This document shows positions 25,750-38,453 of a DNA stretch of 64,000 bases, in pieces; positions within the stretch are counted from its first letter, which is position 1; every line of letters starts with the position of its first letter. Under the pieces are notes generated by a model. That model was not told the DNA's origin. It did not search any database and worked only from the letters and a program-made list of their open reading frames with translations. This DNA is from Octopus sinensis (Eukaryota): positions 9,641-73,640 of the forward strand of contig NW_021833455.1 of NCBI RefSeq assembly GCF_006345805.1, written 5' to 3'. The position numbers were made by a program, and so were the translations under genes.

Positions 25750-28700
25750 ATGCAGGTTGTACTGAAGGCTACTTTACTACTTCATTTCTTGCACATGAAT
25801 TCTGCCAAATGCGAGCTTTCTTTTCAGGTACACGAAGCTACTGTCCACTGTCCCAGGGTCTCTAGAGCCCATGCCTCCCACACCCTCAGGGTTGGCACCC
25901 TCAACGTTGGCACTCTGAAAGGTAGGTCTGGTGAGATAGTCGAGATGCTTGAACGGAGATGTGTGGATATATGTTGCATGCAAGAAATAAGGTGGAGAGG
26001 AGGATCAGCTAGGTTCCTCACAGCCAAGGAACGCAGGTACAAGATTTTCTGGGCTGGGAACACTGACGGGGTTGGTGGCGTGGGTATACTTATCGCTGAG
26101 AAATGGGTAGATAAAGTAATTGAGGTAATCAGAGTATGTGACAGAATACTTAAGATTAGATTAGTGATTCATCATAGTTTAGCAACCATTATATCAGCCT
26201 ATGCTCCTCAGTCGGGGCTACCCGATGGACAGAAAGACCGATTCTATGACACTCTACTGCAGACTACCTCGTTGACGAACGACAGAGACCTTATCTTTAT
26301 GGCTGGTGACTTCAATGGTCACGTTGGACGACATGCTGGGGGCTTCCATGGCGTACATGGAGGCTATGGCTATGGCTCCCGCAACGAGGAGGGAACCAGG
26401 CTGCTGGAGTTCTGCGATGCAAATAATCTTATGATTTGCAACACTAACTTCAGGAAACCTACCAGCCACCTCGTCACTTACCAATCGGGCCAACATACCA
26501 GCCAAATTGACTACATCCTTACAAGGCAAAGGGAGAGATGGCTGCTTATAAATGCCAAAACCTTCCCAGGTGAAGAATGTACCCCACAACATAGACTGGT
26601 AGTTAGTGACTTTAGGATCAGGACTAGGAGGACAACCAGAAGACGACAAATATGGAGAAGAAGGATCTGGAAGCTTAAAGATCCTGCAAATGGACAGAGA
26701 TTTAGGGACATATTACTTGAAGCCTCTGACGAAGTAGAGAGGGGATAGAGCATCACAGGGGGGTAGAAGACAGCTGGACGTTTCTAAGGGACAACCTGCT
26801 GAGAGCCACTGACCAGATCTGTGGCTGGTGCAAAGTCCCCTCTCGACCTAGAATAACGTGGTGGTGGAACAATATTGTAGACAGGGCTATTAGAGAAAAG
26901 AGACAGGCTTGGAAGGTCTGGAAAAATGGGGGTAGCAGGGGATTGTATCAGACTGCCAAAAGAGAAGCTAGGAGACAGGTTTATTTAGCCAGAGGGGAAG
27001 CAGATAAGAAAAAATTTGCCAATGTTCTGCGCCGTGAGGACCAAAGACTGGAGGTGTTTCGTGTTGCAAGACAGTGTGTGAGAGAGAATCGTGATGATGT
27101 GGTAGGAGATAAGTGTGTTCGCATGGAAGATGGTTCACTTGCGCTAAATGAGGATGCAAAGCAAAGAGAGAGGTTTGGAGATGCCACTATGAAAGGTTGC
27201 TGAATGAAGAAAATGAATGGGATAAAGAGAGTCTGCCGAATGTTGACCCAACAGAGGGACCAGCTATCCGAGTTGATAGTTCCGTGGTAGCTAAGGCAAT
27301 TAGAAGCATGAAGACAGGGAAAGCCCCAGGCCCATCAGGAATCACTGCAGAGATGCTCAAAATGTCTGGTAGTGTCGGCTATAGCCTAGTCACCCGTATA
27401 GTTAATCAGGTGATACACAAAGGGGTCATACCCAATGACTGGTGTAGCAGTATAATAGTCAACTGCTACAAAGGTAAAGGTGATGCCCTAGATACAAATA
27501 ACTACAGAGGTATCAAGCTGTTGGACCAGGTGATGAAGGTTACGGAGAGGGTCATAGCCCAACTAATTAGAGAGAGAGTTAGTTTAGATGAGATGCAGTT
27601 TGGGTTTGTGCCAGGGAAAAGTACTACTGATGCTATATTCCTGGTAAGGCAGCTGCAGGAGAAATACCTAGCCAAAGATAAGCCCCTGTACCTGGCTTTT
27701 GTTGACATGGAGAAAGCCTTCGACAGGGTCCCCCGATCCCTTATCTGGTGGGCAATGAGGAAACTAGGGATAGATGAATGGTTAGTGAGAGCTGTGCGGG
27801 CCATGTACAAGGACGCCGCTAGTAGGGTGAGGGTTGGAAATGTGTACAGTGAAGAATTCCGGGTAGAGGTAGGAGTCCACCAAGGCTCAGTACTCAGCCC
27901 CCTCCTATTTATCATAGTCCTCCAGGCAATAACGGAGGAATTCAAGACAGGATGCCCTTGGGAGCTCCTCTATGCTGATGACCTTGCTCTAATTGCTGAG
28001 TCGCTATCAGAACTGGAGGAGAAGTTTCAGGTGTGGAAACAAGGATTAGAATCGAAGGGCCTCAGAGTCAATCTAGCTAAAACCAAAGTCGTAATCAGTA
28101 GGAAGGTAGACAAATCACAAACACCTTCAGGTAGATGGCCCTGCTCGATCTGTAGAAAAGGTGTAGGTAGAAAACTCTATAAGATGCACCAAGTGTAAGC
28201 TATGGACACATAAGAGATGCAGCAATGTCAAAGGAAGGCTAACTAGGAAGATGGTTTTTGTATGTGGCAGATGCTCAGGAACAATAAACACTGAAAATGC
28301 TCTGAGACCAACTTCCGTCACTTTCCAGGGAGAAAAACTAGAAATAGTTGATAGTTTCCGTTACCTAGGTGACCAAGTCAGCAGCGGGGGCGGGTGTGCT
28401 GAAAGTGTAACTGCTAGAGTAAGAATAGCTTGGGCAAAGTTCAGAGAGCTCTTACCTCTGCTGGTGACAAAAGGCCTCTCGCACAGAGTGAAAGGCAGAC
28501 TGTATGATGCGTGTGTACGAACAGCCATGCTACATGGCAGTGAAACATGGGCCGTGACTGCTGAGGATATGCGTAAGCTCGCTAGAAATGAAGCCAGTAT
28601 GCTCCGATGGATGTGTAATGCCGGTACTCACACTCGGCAGAGTGTAAGTACCTTGAGAGAAAAGCTGGACCTAAGAAGCATCAGTTGTGGTGTGCAAGAG

Positions 28701-28928
28701 AGACGTTTGCGCTGGTATGGTCATGTGGCGAGAATGGATGAAGATAGTTGTGTGAAAAAGTGCCACACCCTAGCGGTTGAGGGAACCTGTGGGAGAGGCA
28801 GACCCAGGAAAACCTGGGACGAGGTGGTGAAGCACGACCTTCGAACTTTAGGTCTCACTGAGGAAATGACTAGAGACCGAGACCTCTGGAAGTGTGCTGT
28901 GCGCGAGAAGACCCGGCAGGACAAGTGA
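25750..28928 (+). pseudogene. RTE ORF: apurinic endonuclease, reverse transcriptase and PHD-like finger, broken only by small insertions
   Basis: APE motifs GTLNVGTL, CMQEIRW, SAYAPQ, GDFNGHVG, IDYIL, HRLV. RT motifs YRGIKLL, QFGFVPGKSTTDA, DMEKAFDRV, GVHQGSVLSPLLF, YADDL. C-terminal RGRPRKTW. Confidence 0.95.
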
Positions 28929-29518
28929 GTCCATAACCCGTGGCCTTCTACATGGGATGGAGCCAGCCTACGTATGCATACCTTCCCTTCTTGGGACACA
29001 AAACTCTACTTGTGAAGACGTGATGAGGCAAGTGAGGATCAGAATCGAAATCGATCAATGGAAATTGCGGATGTGCTACCAATGCCGGTGGCATGTAAAA
29101 ACTCTGCTTGTGAAGACCCGTTGAGGCAAGTGACGATCAGAATCGAAATCGATCAATGGAAATTGCAGATGTGTTACCAGTGCCGGTGGCATGTAAGAGA
29201 ACTTTCCGTTTCGCGACCGTTGCCACCGCCGCCCGTTCGTGTCCGTTGCCAGCCTCGCCTGGCCCTCGTGCCGGTGGCACATAAAAAGCACCATCCGTTC
29301 GTGGCCGTTGCCGCTCTGTCTGGCACCAGTGCGGGTGGCACGTAAAAAGCACCCACTACACTCACAGAGTGGTTGGCGTTAGGAAGGGCATCCAGCCGTA
29401 GAAACACTGCAGATTTGACTGGGCCTGATGAAGCCTTCTGGCTTCACAGACCCCAGTAGAACCGTCCAACCCATGCTAGCATGGAAAACGGACGCTAAAC
29501 GATGATGATGATGATGAT

Positions 29519-29740
29519 AGATATATATATGGATGTGTGTGTGTGTATATGTTGTGTGTCTGTGTTTGTCCCTCTCGCATTGCTTGTGTGTTTACGTCCC
29601 CGTCACTTAGCGGTTCAGCAAAGAGACCGATAGAATAAGTACTGGGCTTACAAAGAATAAGTCCCGGGGTCGATTTGCTCGACTAAATGCGGTGCTCCAG
29701 CATGGCTGCAGTCAAATGACTGAAACAAGTAAAAGAGTAA
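29519..29740 (+). mobile_element. SINE family B, 3' half
   Basis: Microsatellite then TGTTTACGTCCCCGTCACTTAGCGG...GACTGAAACAAGTAAAAGAG. Confidence 0.85.
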
Positions 29741-29769
29741 AGCCATACCAAGAAAAAAGGGGAACCTAC

Positions 29770-29778
29770 CTCAAATTG
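29770..29778 (-). CDS. Speculative 9-nt in-frame microexon (QFE)
   Basis: ttatttttgttgatgctag|CAATTTGAG|gtaggt. Phase 0 to 0 fits the 45072/17186 junction. Confidence 0.2.
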
Positions 29779-29955
29779 CTAGCATCAACAAAAATAATTA
29801 AGGATGTTTTTACATATTAGATGCAGGATCTGTGTTTCCTTATTTCCTTTCCTCCAAACTGAAGAAACAGTCTCCTTGAGCAAAGAGATACATTTGGTTG
29901 TGTTGAAGAAATTATAGAATTGTTGCTCAGTTTCACTTCATCTCAGACTACTAAG

Positions 29956-30183
29956 GCGGCGAGCTGGCAGAAACGTTAGCACGCCAGGCGAAATGCATAG
30001 CCGTATTTCATCTGTCGTTACGTTCTGAGTTCAAATTCCGCCGAGGTCGACTTTGCCTTTCATCCTTTCGGGGTCGATAAATTAAGTACCAGTTACACAT
30101 TGGGGTCGATGTAATCGACTTAATACCTATGTCTGTCCTTGTTTGTCCTCTCTGTGTTTAGCCCCTTGTGGGTAATAAAGAAA
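29956..30183 (+). mobile_element. SINE family A, well preserved
   Basis: GGCGAGCTGGCAGAAACGTTAGC...GAGTTCAAATTCC...CCTTTCATCCTTTCGGGGTCGATAAATTAAGTACCAG...AATAAAGAAA. Confidence 0.9.
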
Positions 30184-30998
30184 AAGGTATCTAGGACTAC
30201 ACTGGCTAAAGTGTTCCTTCTTTTCAAGACTGGTTTGATTTGAGTATGACTTGAATACCAATTCTACTCAGGTGACTTATTACATTAGCAGCAGCAGAGA
30301 CAAGTACCTGATGTATCAGTAATAAATTAATGAAATTGATAATGGCAGAAAAATAAGCAATATGCCAATGTTGCATAACTGGCACCTGTGCCAGTGGCAC
30401 ATAATAAGCACCTTTCAAACTTTGGGCCTTGCAGAGGCAGTGCCAAGTGACCGAGACCTTTGGCAATTTTATTGTGCTTGCAAAGACCTGTCAGGCCAAG
30501 TGAGATCACAGTCATGGCCAATACTGGTGACTGGCACCCATGCCAGTGGCGTGGAACTCTTTGAGTGGTTGGCATCCAGCGGCAGTAACCATGCCAAATC
30601 AGATTGGAACCTGGTGAAGCTCCCCAGCTTACCAGTTTTCAGTGAAACAGTCCAACCCATGCCAGCTTGGAAAACGGACATTAAATAGAGATGATGATGA
30701 TGATGATGATGACACACTTCTTTGCTTTCATCATTTAAACATCTGTCTATCAACATTTAGTCTGTTGATTGTGCTTTCAATAGAGTGTACGGTTATTTAA
30801 AAAGTAGGGGACATTTGAATGTACAAACAATACAAATACACAACAATTTACACTTCTTACTGCAACTCATTAACCTAAAGCAGTGGCAGGTAGCGACACC
30901 TGGTGACCAATCCACTGCCAAGGATTGAAACAGATGGAGATCTCTTGTTGATGTCTTATATTCCAAGTGGTGTCAAAGGAATTAAGAAGTCTCTAAAT

Positions 30999-31037
30999 TA
31001 GTGGTTCATAAACCAGGGGTCTGTAAATTCAAAATTT

Positions 31038-31069
<32 letters not shown>

Positions 31070-31495
31070 CATACACGACAGGCTTCTTTCAGTTTCCATC
31101 TACAAAATCCACTCACAACGCTTTGGTCGGCCCAAGGCTATGGTAGAAGACACTTGCCCTAGGTGTCACACAGTGAAACTGAACCCATAACCATGTCATT
31201 GGAAAGCAAGCTTCTTACCACACAGCCACTCCTGTGCCTATATATATATATATATATATATATACTCTTTATCTTTTATTAAACTTTTAATACTTTTGAT
31301 ATATATTTAAAATAATATAAATTAAATTAATTTTATGTATTGGCTTATGTTTTTCATTGTTTGATTTGCCTAATAGTGGTTTTATCTCTAATTTAATATA
31401 ATATAATATATTTATACTATAAAATTGGATTTAATCCTAAATCTGATTTTTCCCTGTAAGTTTGGATTTATTCCCTAATATTTTATTATATATTT

Positions 31496-31538
<43 letters not shown>

Positions 31539-31624
31539 AAAGGATAAGCATACTAAAAGGAGACTGTGAGAAAACTCATTTAAATAAAAGGGACCCTTGG
31601 TAGTAAAAAGGTTGGAAACCACTG
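30999..31624. mobile_element. hAT (Charlie-like) non-autonomous element with nested SINE B fragment
   Basis: Ends TAGTGGTTCATAAACC / GGTTGGAAACCACTG. 8-bp flanks CTCTAAAT / CTCTAAAC. Confidence 0.7.
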
Positions 31625-31734
31625 CTCTAAACCCTTCTCATTTTAATTCTCCCATTCACTTCTCCTCTCTGCTGCTGTTCATCTTTTTCTGCTGTTTGTT
31701 GTTTGACCGCCCCCCCCCCCCTCTTCCTGCCACA

Positions 31735-31952
31735 GAATCTCAGAAACATTAGCACACTGGGCGAAATACTTGGCAGTATTTCATCTGCCGCTACGTTCTG
31801 AGTTGAAACTCCGCCGAGGTCGACTTTGTCTTTCATCCTTTGGGGGGTGGGGTGCGATTAAATAAGTACCAGTTACACACTGGGGTCGATATAATCGACA
31901 ATCTGTTTGTCTGTCTTTGTTTGTCCCCTCTATGGGCAATAAAGAAATAAGA
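31735..31952 (+). mobile_element. SINE family A
   Basis: Family A head and core. Confidence 0.85.
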
Positions 31953-32809
31953 ATGATTCCTTTTACCATTTACCTTTCCCTTGTTTCAGTTATGTGACTC
32001 TGGCCATGCTGGGGCTGAAGAAAATTTAGCTGAAGGAATTAATCCCAGTCCTGATTTTTTAATGCCTGGTCTCTTTTGCTGAACTGCTAAGTTATGGGAG
32101 ACATAAGCACACCAACACTTGTTGTCAAGCAGTTGTCGGGGTCAAACAGTTACAAAGATATATACACACATAGGTATATATAAATATACAGGCTTCTTTC
32201 AGTTTCCATCTACCAAATTCACTCACAATTCTTTGGTTGGCCCAAGGTGCCAAGCAGTGGGGCCGAACTTGGAACCCTGTAGTTGGGAAACAAACTTCTT
32301 ATCACACAACCATGCCTGTGCCTCCACACCGCTACACTTGACCGTTTCAGGAAATAAAAACACTTTATTAATCATTGCAAGTAGACAATTCTCCTTACCA
32401 ATACTGATGAACTGCTCTCACTTAGGGGCTCATGAGACAGACTCCTTTGGATCACAAAATTTGCCTTGTTCTGCAGAACATTTTGAAGAATAATTTTTCT
32501 CTGCCAAAAAAAGAAAAAAGAAAAAGAATCAGACACTTATTCAGGATTAATAAAATATAAAATGGTTTAATATTCTTGTTTGTTTTACGCATTAGAGTGA
32601 ATGCCAAATATGACTGTCACCTTCAAGATGGTATCACAAATTTTTAATGATTCAAAAGAATACATCAATAACAATACTGAAGATTATTCAGTTCCAGGAA
32701 ACCATTCCAAATGATAGCAGATCCAAGATGTTTGCCAGTTAGTTACAATAAAGAGGAATTGAAAATCTGAGATAATTTTATTAGTTCTTTTGTCAAATGT
32801 AATTCTTTT

Positions 32810-33490
32810 ATTCTTTTACTTGTTTCAGTCATTTGACTGTGGCCATGCTGGAGCACTGCCTTTAGTCAAAGGCAGACTCTAGGACTTATTCTTTGTAAGC
32901 CTAGTACTTATTCTATCAGTCTCTTTTGCTGAACCGCTAGGTTTCGGGGACGTAAATACACCAACATCGGTTGTCAAGAGCCGGCGGTGGGGATATGACA
33001 ACAAACAGACACACATAAATATATAAGCACCATTCAAACAAGGCCGATGCCAGTGACCCCTGACTGGCTCCCGTGGCAGAGGCACGTAAAAAAGCACCAT
33101 CTGAATGTGATTGATGCCAGGGCTGCCCGACTGGCTCCAGTGCCGGTGGCACATAAAAAGCGCTAACTGAATACAATCAATGCCAGGCCCGCCTGACAGG
33201 GTCCTGTGCCACTGGCACGTAAAAGACACGCACTACACTCTCAGAGTGGTTCGCATTAAGAAGGGCATCCAGCTGTAGAAACATTGCCAGATCAGATTGG
33301 AGCCTGGTGCAGCCACATGGAAAACAGATGTTAAACGATGATGATGTATATGAAAGGTTTCTTTCAGTTTCCGTCTACCAAATCCACTCAGAAGGCTTTG
33401 GTCAGCCCGAGGCTATAGTAGAAGACACTTGCCTGAAGTGCCACACAGTGAGACTGAACCTGGAACCATGTGGTTGGGAAGCACACATGT
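32810..33490 (-). mobile_element. SINE family B split by a plus-strand RTE 3' fragment (33026-33346)
   Basis: Tail half 32810-33025, RTE hairpin modules with (GAT)n, head half 33350-33490. Confidence 0.8.
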
Positions 33491-34919
33491 ATATCGCGAT
33501 CCAATAACTGTTCACTTTCCTGACTTTTGTACATAATTCTATGTACTGTACATGCATTTTTGGTGAGTTGTGCACCTGAACACTATACACAATAATTTCA
33601 TTATTATTATTATTATTAAGAAAGAGAGAGAGAGAGCAGTAAATGCCATCAAAGTGACACTGGGCTGCAATTATATGAAGCCCAATATACTCATCATGTC
33701 TACCTGTCTGATAAGGGTACACCAGCCATATGCATCACAACCATATGTGCATGATCTCATATCAAGATAAACAGCACATGACTTTGCAGGTAGGGCCCAG
33801 TTAGAATTTTCTTCAGGTCGAGTAGCTTAGCCCACGCAAAAGGTCCCTGAATAAGGTTTGTTTACGGATGATGAACGAAACACCTATGTTTCCAGAGGTG
33901 AATTATCCAAACCCCAAAGAATCTCTCTCAACACATAACTATGATGCTCCCCCACTACTTCTGCTCGTGATCAGAGATGCACATATCGTCAGCCACTAAG
34001 GGACATGCTCAACTGGTTAAGGTCAAACAACTGACAAGCAAATCTGTGGTATTGAGCAGAATATTTGCTGTAGCCCATCTTTTATACCAAGACAAAACAA
34101 TGTACATGATAACACTTCTAGTCAGTTAAGATCAGAAGCCACAAGAGCCACTGCCTGGTACTGCATCAGGGCATTTATTATCATTATTATTATTATTATT
34201 ATTATCATTATTATTATCATTCTTCTTCTTATAATTATTATTATCATTCTTCTTCTTATAATTATTATAATCATTATTAATCTTAGTCACAATTTATGTT
34301 CCTGATTTTGCTAAATTCTTTGTTATATTTAAAATTAATTGAAAGAAACACAGAGCATCTCAAAGGGAACTCAGGGAATAGCATCCCTGCCTTCCTGAGC
34401 TAGTTTTCCACTGCATTTCTTAAAAATCATGATAGAGGCCTTGGTCTCGGGACCGCTCATGTCTAGAAACTGAGGTTGGAGGTATGCAAGGGCATGCTCC
34501 CCATAGAAAATCCAGCTCAAAAAAAGCCTCATGATAGCAGAGGAGAATGGGCACCTGCCAGCCCAAAGGTTGGGGTCAGTTGCACCTGCCTACCTTGGTT
34601 GCTATGGCATTGAGGTAGATCCAGCCACCCCACATCAACAGGGACAAAACCCAGATTTAAAACACTGGATGATGATGATGATGATGATGATAAGAAATGA
34701 AAGACAAGCCATCCTTCGATTGAAGGATGATGACTTATTCAGAATTGAGTGCCAAAGGGAAGTTTTGTTTATGAAGGGCTTCTTTCAGTTTCTGTCAACT
34801 AAATCCACGAACAAGGCTTTGGTTAGCCCAAAGCTTAAGCAGAAGATACTTGCTCAAGGTGCCACAATGTAGGACTGAACTCAGAACCATGTGGGTGGGA
34901 AGTAAATTTCTAACCACAT

Positions 34920-35315
34920 TAGCTCTTGTGCTGGTAACATGTGAAAAGCACCATTGGAGCATGATCGTTGCCAGCGTCGCCTTACTGGCACATGTGACAG
35001 TGGAACGTAAAAAACAACATTTGAGTGTGGTCGTTGCCAGTGCTGCCAGACTGGCTCCTGTGCAAGTAACACGTAAAAAAAAACCTTTTGAGCATAGTCA
35101 TTGCCAGAACCGCCTGACTGGCCCTCATGCCGGTGGCACGTAAAAGCACCCACTACACTCTCAGAGTGGTTGGCATTAGGAAGGGCATCCAGCTGTAGAA
35201 ACTTTGCCAGATCAGATTGAGCCTCGTGCAGCCTCTGGCTCACCAGTCCTCAGTCAAACCGTCCAACCCATGCCAGCATGGAAAGTGGACATTAAACAAT
35301 GATGATGATGATGAT
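34920..35315 (+). mobile_element. RTE 3'UTR fragment with several hairpin modules
   Basis: GCCGGTGGCACGTAAAAGCACCCACTACAC...GGAAGGGCATCCAGCTGTAG...(GAT)n. Confidence 0.9.
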
Positions 35316-36030
35316 GCAGTCATACCCGCCCCTGGGGGTTGGGTAGCAAATGTATGAAATGCAGAGTCAAGCATGGAGAGAAATTTTCAGTCAAAATCCA
35401 TCCAACTTGAATGGAAATAGGCAATTGGAATGAAATTAAAATGTGGTTCAGCAGTTCAGTCCCACTGCTTGGTACTTCAGGTAAATGTCCGTTGCCTGTA
35501 GTCCCTGGTTGATTAATGCTTTTGATGGATGGAGTCTGTGAGGAAGCCTTTTGTGTGTGTGTGCCCCCACCTTGACAACTGGCGTTAGTGTCCTCATAAC
35601 TTCAACAAGAGACAGATAGTAGTACCAAGCTTTGAAAAAATTAGGACTGGGGTCAATTTATTTGACTAAAATCCTTCAAGACAATGCCCCAGCATGACCA
35701 CAGGCCAATGAATGAAACAAGTAAAAAAAAAATAAAAGATGATAAAATCTAGGAGTGTCCACAAAGCAGTCTTTTTCTTGCTTAACAACAGAGAAAAATG
35801 CAAAAAATTCCTCCCATCAGAAATAGTTGCAATAATTATGGTGAAAAATCCAGTTTTCTGACCCAGTAACAATGATACAATTTTAACCTAGATTTGTAAG
35901 CAACACAGAAACCTTCTTGTTCCAGTTCTTGTTTCAATTGCAAGAAGCTACGCACATCTCAACAATCATTCCAAAATAAAGGTCATATGACATTAATATC
36001 AAATATATAAACAACATAGATGTATAAACA

Positions 36031-36310
36031 GGTGCAGGTGTGTGGTAAGAAACTTGCTTCCCAACCACGTGGTTCCGGGTTCAGTTCCACTCTGTGACAC
36101 CTTGGGCAAGTGTCTTCCACTATAGTTTCAGGCTGGCTAAAGCCTTATGAGTGGATTTGGTAGATGGAAACTGAAAGAAGCCCATTGTATATAATATGTG
36201 TGTGTGTGTTTGTTCTCCACAACCACTTGATGACTGGTGTTGGTCTGTTTACGTCCCCGTAACGTAGCAGTCCAGCAAAAGAGACCGACAGAATAAGTAC
36301 AGGTTAACAA
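36031..36310 (+). mobile_element. SINE family B, 3' truncated
   Basis: Head, CORE-like region and partial tail. Confidence 0.85.
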
Positions 36311-36616
36311 AAAAAAAAAAAAATTACTGTCTGAGTACTCCATAGACCTGCACACCCTTAACGGTTTTAGGGGGAGATCCAGCCTTGACACAGCATGTGA
36401 CAAGGCTGGACCCCTTTGAATTACAGATACAACTCATTTTTGCCAGCTGAGCAGTCTGGAGCAGCGTGAAATGAAGTGTCTTGCTCAAGGACACATTGAA
36501 CTCCCAACTTTATGATTGTAAGCTGAATAACCCTAACAACTAAGCCACAAGCATTAACACTAAACACACACATACATACACACACACATGCATGCATGCA
36601 CACACACACACACACA

Positions 36617-36661
<45 letters not shown>

Positions 36662-36827
36662 AGTAGCTTGTAATCAAATCTATTAAGCTTTAAGCCTAAT
36701 CTTTTCTTTTCAAACAACCACTAAAAAATAATCTTCATTTCAATAAAGTCTCTCTTGGTTTTAATACACAAAATATACACAAGAAGTGTGTACTGAACAC
36801 TTTCTTTTACCCATACACAACCATAAC

Positions 36828-36893
<66 letters not shown>
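36828..36893. repeat. (TG)n microsatellite
   Basis: Direct inspection. Confidence 0.95.
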
Positions 36894-36894
<1 letters not shown>

Positions 36895-37104
36895 ACGCAT
36901 ATATATATATTTATGCTGGTATGTTGATGCAAACAGCAAAAATAGAATTCAAATTATGAGTATATGGATATTTTTATTAATATTTAGCAGAAGCAATAGA
37001 GTGACTCAAGGTCCGCGAGTTTCGTGCATCGGCACTTATCAAACTCTATTACTTCTGTTCAATATATATATATATATATACACATATATATATATATATA
37101 TATA

Positions 37105-37350
37105 TATTGGGTTGGTGCTTAATTATTGCGGCTTTTTTTCAAAAAAAACAAAAAACAATAATAATATTTAACAAAAACATCTTTAAATGACAGTCTGACT
37201 GTCTGCCAAGCAAATGGGAAGCAGTAATTGAAGTAGATGGTGAATATGCTCCAGAATAATCATTTAAAGATGTTTTTGTTACATGTTATTGATTTTGTTG
37301 AATAAAATTTATTGAAAAAAAAGCCGCAATAATTATGCACCAACCCAATA
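37105..37350. mobile_element. Mariner-derived MITE with long inverted arms
   Basis: TIRs TATTGGGTTGGTGCTTAATTATTGCGGC / GCCGCAATAATTATGCACCAACCCAATA, resembling the 1081-1108 TIR. The centre encodes a transposase C-terminus (LPSKWEAVIEVDGEYAPE*). Confidence 0.9.
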
Positions 37351-37451
37351 TATATATATAATATATATATATATTGAACAGAAGTAATAGTATATATATA
37401 TATATAAATGTGTGTGTGTGTGTGTGTGTACATACATATATAATCTCATCA

Positions 37452-38145
37452 TCACCATTGTATAACGTCAGCTTTCAATGCTGGCATGGATTGGACAGTT
37501 TGACTGAGGTCTGGAGAGTCAGAAGGCTGCACCAGGCTCCAGTCTGATCTGGCAGTGTTTCTACAGCTGGATGCCCTTCCTAACGCCAACCACTCTGAGA
37601 GTGTAGTGGGTGTTTTTTACATGCCACCTGCACAAGGGCCAGTCCAGCAGCACTGGCAATGACCTTGCTTGAATGTTTTGTTCATGTGCCACCAGCACAA
37701 GTGCCAGTAGGCGACGCTGGTAGCAGTCACGCTTGAATGGTGCCTTTTACGTGCCACTGGCACGGAAGCCAGTTTGCTGCTCTGGTAACGATCATGCTTG
37801 GATGGTGCTCTTAGTGCTCCACTAGCATGGATACCAGTCATCGAATTTGATTTCTATTTACCTTGCCTCAACAGGTCTTCGCAAGCAGAGCTTAGTGTGC
37901 AATGAAGGAAAGGTACACATAAGTGGGCTGGTTACACCCCTGGCATAGACCACAGGGTTATGGTCTCACTTGGGCTAGGCGAGTCTTCCCACGCACAGCA
38001 TATTTCCAAAGGTCTCAGTCACTAGTCATTGCCTTGGTGAGGTCTAATGTTCAAAGGTTGTGATTCACCACCTTATCCCAGGTCTTCCTGGGTCTACCTC
38101 TTCCACAGGTTCCCACAACCGCTAAGGTGTGGCACTTTTTCACAC
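37452..38145 (-). mobile_element. 5'-truncated RTE copy
   Basis: Tail and hairpin modules, plus sequence encoding KKCHTLAVVGTCGRGRPRKTWDKVV, homologous to the end of the 28251-28928 ORF. Confidence 0.9.
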
Positions 38146-38304
38146 AGCTATCCTCATCCACATATACATATATGTATGTGTGTATATGTATAGTTTAGGA
38201 CATCACACAAATATATATATATATATATATACATGCCCATACACACACAAACATATGCATTTATGTACTCATACACAAATCCACACACACACATTATTTA
38301 CACA

Positions 38305-38409
38305 TTATGTTTGTTGTTAACACGTTTCGGCTGATATACCCTCCACCCTTCATCAGGTGTCTTGGGGAAATTTCGAAACCTGGGTTCTCATTCCTAAGGT
38401 ATTTTTCAA

Positions 38410-38453
<44 letters not shown>

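Larger units (their letters stand above)
24419..29518 (+). mobile_element. Near full-length RTE-clade LINE (about 5.1 kb), antisense within a host intron
   Basis: 5' tandem monomers, APE-RT ORF and a 3'UTR ending in (GAT)n. The whole block interrupts one SINE B. Confidence 0.9.

Noticed and set aside
25777-28999. Antisense ORFs overlapping the RTE
   Set aside because: Shadow frames of a GC-richer coding sequence.
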